DNA of 31,050 bases from Candidatus Rokuibacteriota bacterium (GTDB lineage: Bacteria; Methylomirabilota; Methylomirabilia; Rokubacteriales; CSP1-6): the NCBI GenBank assembly GCA_016184305.1, contig JACPCX010000184.1, positions 1 to 31,050 on the forward strand. Reading direction: 5' to 3'. The notes under the pieces are model-generated. The model was not told the DNA's origin, ran no database searches, and saw only the letters and a program-made list of their open reading frames with translations. Positions 27,138-31,050 of this stretch are shown here, in pieces. The position numbers and the translations under genes are program-made. Every line of letters begins with the position of its first letter. The first letter of the stretch is position 1.

Positions 27138-27965
27138 ATGCCCGCCCCTGCGACGGCGACCCGGCTCCTCCCGAAGGAGCACGGCACCTGGGCGATGCTG
27201 CTGGTGCCCTGGGCCGTCGGCTGGGGCGTCGGCGGCCCCGCGACGCTCCGGCAGATCCTGCTGCTGGTCGCCGTCGTCAGCCTCTTCCTCGCCCACGCCC
27301 AGCTCCTGGCCTGGTACCGGCTGCGCGCCGCAGCGCGGCCCGACCTGTGGGCGGCCGCGGCCGCGCGCCGCCTCCTGCTGATCCTCACCGCCCTCGGCCT
27401 CGCCGCCGCCGTATCCCTGATGGTTCTGATACCGCTCGCAAGGCTGATGCCGCTCGTGGGGATCGGGGCCCTCGCAGTGGCGCTGACGGGAGCGAGCCTG
27501 GGCCTCGTGACGAGGAGGCTCGATCACGCCTTGCCGGGGCAGATGCTGGCTGCCGCGGGCCTGCCGCTCAGCGCTCCCGCGGCCTACTACGTTGCCGGCG
27601 GAACACGAGAGCGCGTGGCCGCGGCCCTCTGGCTCCTCTGCGGAGCCTTCTTCCTCTGGGCCGTCTTCTACGTCAGGCTGAAGATCGAGGCGCGGGCGCG
27701 GCGGGCTCCCCGCGGAACCGTGAGGGCGAGACTCTCCTTCGCCGGCGGGATGCTCGTGATCGACGCGGCGATCCTGCTGGCGGCGCTGGCAGCCGTACGC
27801 CTCGGCCCCTTCTCGCCCCTCGCGCTGGCGGCCTTCATCCCGGCCGTGCTGCAGACGACGGCAGGCATCACCCGCCTGGACCGCCCGGCCTCGCTCAAGC
27901 GCGTGGGGATCCTGCTGACGGCCCACTCGATCGTCTTCGGCCTCGCCGTGATCTGTCTCGCCTGA
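27138..27965 (+). CDS. YwiC-like multi-pass membrane protein
   Basis: N-terminal LPKEHGTWAMLLVP signature; many hydrophobic segments; VFYVR; LKRVGI. Confidence 0.8.
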   Translation: MPAPATATRLLPKEHGTWAMLLVPWAVGWGVGGPATLRQILLLVAVVSLFLAHAQLLAWYRLRAAARPDLWAAAAARRLLLILTALGLAAAVSLMVLIPLARLMPLVGIGALAVALTGASLGLVTRRLDHALPGQMLAAAGLPLSAPAAYYVAGGTRERVAAALWLLCGAFFLWAVFYVRLKIEARARRAPRGTVRARLSFAGGMLVIDAAILLAALAAVRLGPFSPLALAAFIPAVLQTTAGITRLDRPASLKRVGILLTAHSIVFGLAVICLA

Positions 27966-27975
27966 GAGCCCGCCG

Positions 27976-28881
27976 TCACGCCCCGCCCGGCCGGTCCTGC
28001 TGGCGGAGACGCTTGAGGTCATAGAGGGAGCGGTCGGCCTCGGCCATCAGCGCGTCCACGCCGGCCGGGCGCTGAGGATCGAAGGTCGCGATCCCCGCGG
28101 TCACGGTCAGATCGTACCCGCGGCGGGCCTGGGCATTGTACGCTTCGAGGTTGCTGGACAGTCGGGCCCGCAGCCGCTCGGCGCTCGCATCGGCGGCCTC
28201 GATGGCGAGCACCGCGAACTCATCGCCGCCCACCCGCGCCACGATGTCCGATTCGCGGAACGTCGCCCGCAGGACCTCGGCCACCGCCACCAGGGCGCGA
28301 TCACCCTCCGGGTGGCCGAACCGGTCGTTGACCCGCTTGAAGCCGTTCACGTCAACGAAGACCAGCCGGGCCGCTCTCCCGGTGCGCCGGGCCAGTTTCA
28401 GGTGCTGCTCCGCGAGCGTGACGAAGCCGCGGCGGTTGTAGAGCCCGGTCAGCTCCTCCCGGAGCGCGAGGCTCCGGAGGCGATCCTGCATCTGGTTCCG
28501 CGCCATGGCGTAACGGATGGCGCGGGACAGCAGCCGGCCGTCGGCCTGCCCCTTGACGAGGTAGTCCTGGGCGCCGGTACGCACGGACTCCACGCCGAGG
28601 GTCTCGCTGTCCGATGCGGTCAGGACGACGACGGGCACCTCGGGGCAGTAGGTCCGCAGCCGGTTGATCCCCTCGATCCCCTGGCTGTCCGGCAGCGAGA
28701 GGTCCAGCAGGATCACGTCGAACCGCTGCTCGCCGAGCCGCGCCAGCGCCTCCTCCAGGCTCGCCACGCGGCCGACCTCGCACGGGGCGTTGCCCGGCCG
28801 GGCCAGCGACCGGCTCACGACCACGGCGTACTCGTCGTTGTCCTCGATCAGGAGGACCTGGATGCGCGGCCCGGGGTCCAT
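27976..28881 (-). CDS. Diguanylate cyclase response regulator (REC-GGDEF)
   Basis: REC (IEDN, LLDLSLPD, DYLVKG); LTGLYNRRG, NDRFGH, RESD I-site, GGDEF. Confidence 0.93.
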   Translation of the reverse strand: MDPGPRIQVLLIEDNDEYAVVVSRSLARPGNAPCEVGRVASLEEALARLGEQRFDVILLDLSLPDSQGIEGINRLRTYCPEVPVVVLTASDSETLGVESVRTGAQDYLVKGQADGRLLSRAIRYAMARNQMQDRLRSLALREELTGLYNRRGFVTLAEQHLKLARRTGRAARLVFVDVNGFKRVNDRFGHPEGDRALVAVAEVLRATFRESDIVARVGGDEFAVLAIEAADASAERLRARLSSNLEAYNAQARRGYDLTVTAGIATFDPQRPAGVDALMAEADRSLYDLKRLRQQDRPGGA

Positions 28882-28927
28882 GGCGTCTCCCTCGCGCTCA
28901 GGCCCGCAAGAGCTCCACAGTCACGCC

Positions 28928-29109
28928 TGAACGTGGAGAAGTCCACGGTGCGGCCGGGCCTCTTCGCGCAAGCGGTCTCTTCCTCCTGCTTGAACGTGGT
29001 GGAAGTCGCGTTGCGGCCGGGCCTCTTCGCGCAAGCGGTCTCTTCCTCCTGCTTGAACGTGGTGGAAGTCGCGTTGCGGCCGGGCCTCTTCGCGCAAGCG
29101 CTCATCGGG
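28928..29109. repeat. 63-bp tandem array (~2.8 units)
   Basis: Units start TGAACGTGG at 28928, 28991 and 29054; units 2 and 3 are identical over 47 nt, unit 1 differs in a central ~12 nt. Confidence 0.9.
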
Positions 29110-29271
29110 CGCATCGCCGGCGTCGGCGAAGCTGTCGAAGCAACAGACGTCGTAGCCGTCGATGGCGCCGCGGGTGCCGTACACGCGCTCGAGCGCCCGG
29201 CCCGGCGCGCGACGCCCCGCGCACCGGGCCGGGAGGGGGGTGCCGTGTATGTCGAAGAGGACGAGGCGCAT
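29110..29271 (-). pseudogene. HAD-family hydrolase remnant; the reading frame continues through the repeat array to a stop at 28921
   Basis: MRLVLFDIHGT (decayed DxDGT motif I)...ALERVYGT.GAIDGYD followed directly by a C-terminal-like FDSFAD. Confidence 0.65.
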
Positions 29272-29276
29272 GGCGC

Positions 29277-30461
29277 TCAGCGCGAGATCGTGAGGGCCAG
29301 CGCCCGCAAACGGGCCACGATTGGCGGAAGCCGGTCGAGCACGGCGTCCACGTCCGCCCCCGTGCTCCAGCGGCCCAGCGTGAGGCACAGCGACCCTTCG
29401 GTCTCCGCCGGGTTGCACCCGATGGCGCGCAGCACGTGCGAGGGGGTGCGCGTCAGCGAGGCGCAGGCCGAGCCCGACGAGGCGGCAACGCCCGAGAGAT
29501 CGAGATCGAGCAGCACGCTGTCGGCCTTGACCCCGCGCAGCACGACGCTCAGGTGGTGTGGGAGCCGCGTGCTCGGCGATCCCGTCACCCGGGAATCCGG
29601 GACGGTGGCCAGCAGGCCGGCCACGAGTCGGTCGCGAAGACCCGCCAGGCGTGCGGATTCCCCGTGATGACCTTCGGTGCGGATCAGCTCGGCGGCGACG
29701 CCGAGGCCGACGATGGCCGGCAGGTTCTCGGTCCCCGACCGATAGCCCCCTTCCTGCCCGCCGCCGAGGATCTGGGCCCCCAGCTTCAACCCCGGCCTCA
29801 CCCACAGGGCTCCCGCCCCGGGGGGGCCGTAGATGTCGTTGCCGGAAAGGGTGAGGAGGTCAATCCCCAGGGTCTCGGCCGGCACGGGGACGCGCCCCAG
29901 GGCGCCCACCGCATCCACGTGGACGGGCACCTTGGCGGCCTGTGTCACTCGAGCGAGGTCGGCGATGGGCTGCACGGTGCCGATCTCCTCGTTGGCGGCT
30001 CCGATGGAGACCAGCACCGTGTCGGGCCGGAGCGCACGGCGCAGCTCGTCAGGGTCCACCCGCCCCTCCCCGTCCACCGGCAAGAGCGTCACGGACACAC
30101 CGGCCTTCTCGAGATCGCGACAGGGATTGAGGATGGACATGTGCTCGATGGACGAGGTGACGACGTGCCGGCTCCGGTCGCCCGCCCGGACGGCGACACC
30201 CCGGATCGCGAGGTTGTTGGCCTCCGTGGCGCCCGAGGTGAAGATGACGCCGCTCGCCGCTCCGCCGACGAGCCGTCCGACCTTGGCGCGGGCGGCCTCG
30301 AGGGATTCGCGGGCCTCGACGCCCAGGGAATGTCGGGCTGAGGGGTTGCCGATGCCGGCCTCGAGGAAGGGGCGCATCACGGCCAGCACGCGCGGGTCGA
30401 CGGGCGCGAAGCCCGCATAGTCCAGGTACACCCGGTCTGGGGGGGCGCCGCCGGGGGCCAC
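29277..30461 (-). CDS. iscS: IscS/NifS-like class-V PLP protein with Asp at the PLP-lysine position
   Basis: YLDYA, GNPS, FTSGATEANN, SSIEH, HVDAV, SGNDIYGP, SGTEN, SSGSAC; GTG 30461 after the tusA stop. Confidence 0.88.
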   Translation of the reverse strand: MAPGGAPPDRVYLDYAGFAPVDPRVLAVMRPFLEAGIGNPSARHSLGVEARESLEAARAKVGRLVGGAASGVIFTSGATEANNLAIRGVAVRAGDRSRHVVTSSIEHMSILNPCRDLEKAGVSVTLLPVDGEGRVDPDELRRALRPDTVLVSIGAANEEIGTVQPIADLARVTQAAKVPVHVDAVGALGRVPVPAETLGIDLLTLSGNDIYGPPGAGALWVRPGLKLGAQILGGGQEGGYRSGTENLPAIVGLGVAAELIRTEGHHGESARLAGLRDRLVAGLLATVPDSRVTGSPSTRLPHHLSVVLRGVKADSVLLDLDLSGVAASSGSACASLTRTPSHVLRAIGCNPAETEGSLCLTLGRWSTGADVDAVLDRLPPIVARLRALALTISR

Positions 30462-30465
30462 GCCT

Positions 30466-30711
30466 CTACCGCGTCTTCCGGACAAGGAACCGGTAGATCG
30501 CCCTGGCGCGCGAGACCTCCAGGAGCTCGTTCCCGGAGCGCTCCGCCCAGACCCTCATGTCCGGGTCGGAGCCGGGGTCGTCCGAGAGCATCTCGAGGAC
30601 CTGTCCCAGCGCCATCTCCCGCATCGCCTCGCGCGTCTTGACGATGGGCATCGGACAGAAAAGGCCGATGCAGTCAATCTGCTTGTCAGGATTGACGACT
30701 TCGGGCCCTAC
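30466..30711 (-). CDS. tusA: TusA-family sulfur carrier (coordinates cover the domain; start codon unresolved)
   Basis: DKQIDCIGLFCPMPIVKT (CPxP), LSDDPGSDPD, YRFLVRK. Confidence 0.85.
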   Translation of the reverse strand, partial: VGPEVVNPDKQIDCIGLFCPMPIVKTREAMREMALGQVLEMLSDDPGSDPDMRVWAERSGNELLEVSRARAIYRFLVRKTR

Positions 30712-30736
30712 CCCAGCGCTCGCAACGCCGTCAAGG

Positions 30737-30766
30737 TTGACAGCCCCTGATGCGGGCCCGAATAAT
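30737..30766 (+). promoter_or_regulatory. Possible sigma-70 promoter of the last gene
   Basis: TTGACA-N18-AATAAT. Confidence 0.4.
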
Positions 30767-30813
30767 GGCGGAGTGACGAGCACACCGCCGGTATCCTTGA
30801 AACTCCATGAGTG

Positions 30814-31050
30814 ATGTCCTCCCGGCCCACGGACACGCCAGTGACTGCCGCTGACCACCAGGGGGCGGCGCCGGCAGGCCATCGCCGGATGACGGCTCGG
30901 ATCGCCACGGCGCTGGCCGCGGCGTCGATCGCCCTCCTCCTGATCCTGGGCTACGCTCTCGAAGCCTATGTGCGGCCGGTGCTCCCCGCCGGCCGCTCGG
31001 CCGTGCCGCTCGAGTGGCTGGAGGCGGGGCTGCTCGCCGCCGCGCTCCTC
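30814..31050 (+). CDS. Membrane protein, N-terminal fragment running off the window end
   Basis: Open frame from ATG 30814: ...RIATALAAASIALLLILGYALE...LEWLEAGLLAAALL (hydrophobic segments). Confidence 0.55.
   Translation, partial: MSSRPTDTPVTAADHQGAAPAGHRRMTARIATALAAASIALLLILGYALEAYVRPVLPAGRSAVPLEWLEAGLLAAALL

Noticed and set aside
28330..28365. DVNGFK instead of DIDxFK in the GGDEF domain as a sign of degeneracy
   Set aside because: The first Asp, the NDxxGH motif and GGDEF are intact; this is a common variant
28928..29100. CRISPR array
   Set aside because: No unique spacers (units 2 and 3 identical), under three units, no cas genes
28848..29105. RiPP precursor with repeated cores
   Set aside because: No maturation enzymes nearby (the radical SAMs are CofG/CofH) and the substitution pattern favours nucleotide-level conservation
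30715..30815. tRNA or selC in the lower-GC stretch
   Set aside because: No cloverleaf, T-loop or CCA end recognisable; better explained as a promoter region

Overview
High-GC bacterial chromosomal segment; style and gene content suggest Ca. Rokubacteria/Methylomirabilota (inference only). The left half (minus strand) is a nitrogen-scavenging block: a sigma-54 activator, a lone receiver protein, glnK-amtB, glnA, urtABCDE, ureABC-EFGD, a stand-alone NtrC/Fis-type HTH gene and a truncated MBL-fold lipoprotein gene. The right half (plus strand) is an F420 cluster: an internally deleted LLM gene, a PPOX/FDOR gene, cofG, cofH, HU, a GNAT-like gene, cofD, cofC, cofE, npdG, an Ldh_2 dehydrogenase and ywiC. 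It is followed by minus-strand REC-GGDEF, HAD-remnant, IscS-like and tusA genes. The most interesting signals read from the sequence are: (1) four sigma-54 promoters and five 17-bp TGC-N11-GCA boxes, with one promoter plus box driving a stand-alone NtrC-like DNA-binding protein (possible anti-activator); (2) a ~60-nt dispersed motif that forms a translationally coupled 22-codon micro-ORF between urtC and urtD and recurs as a 63-bp tandem array at 28.9-29.1 kb; (3) two MITE-like palindromic elements sharing three copies of a 61-nt GNA-loop module; (4) an IscS homologue with Asp in place of the PLP lysine, paired with TusA; (5) an F420 pathway with no visible FbiB-C/FbiE reductase but a coupled Ldh_2 enzyme.
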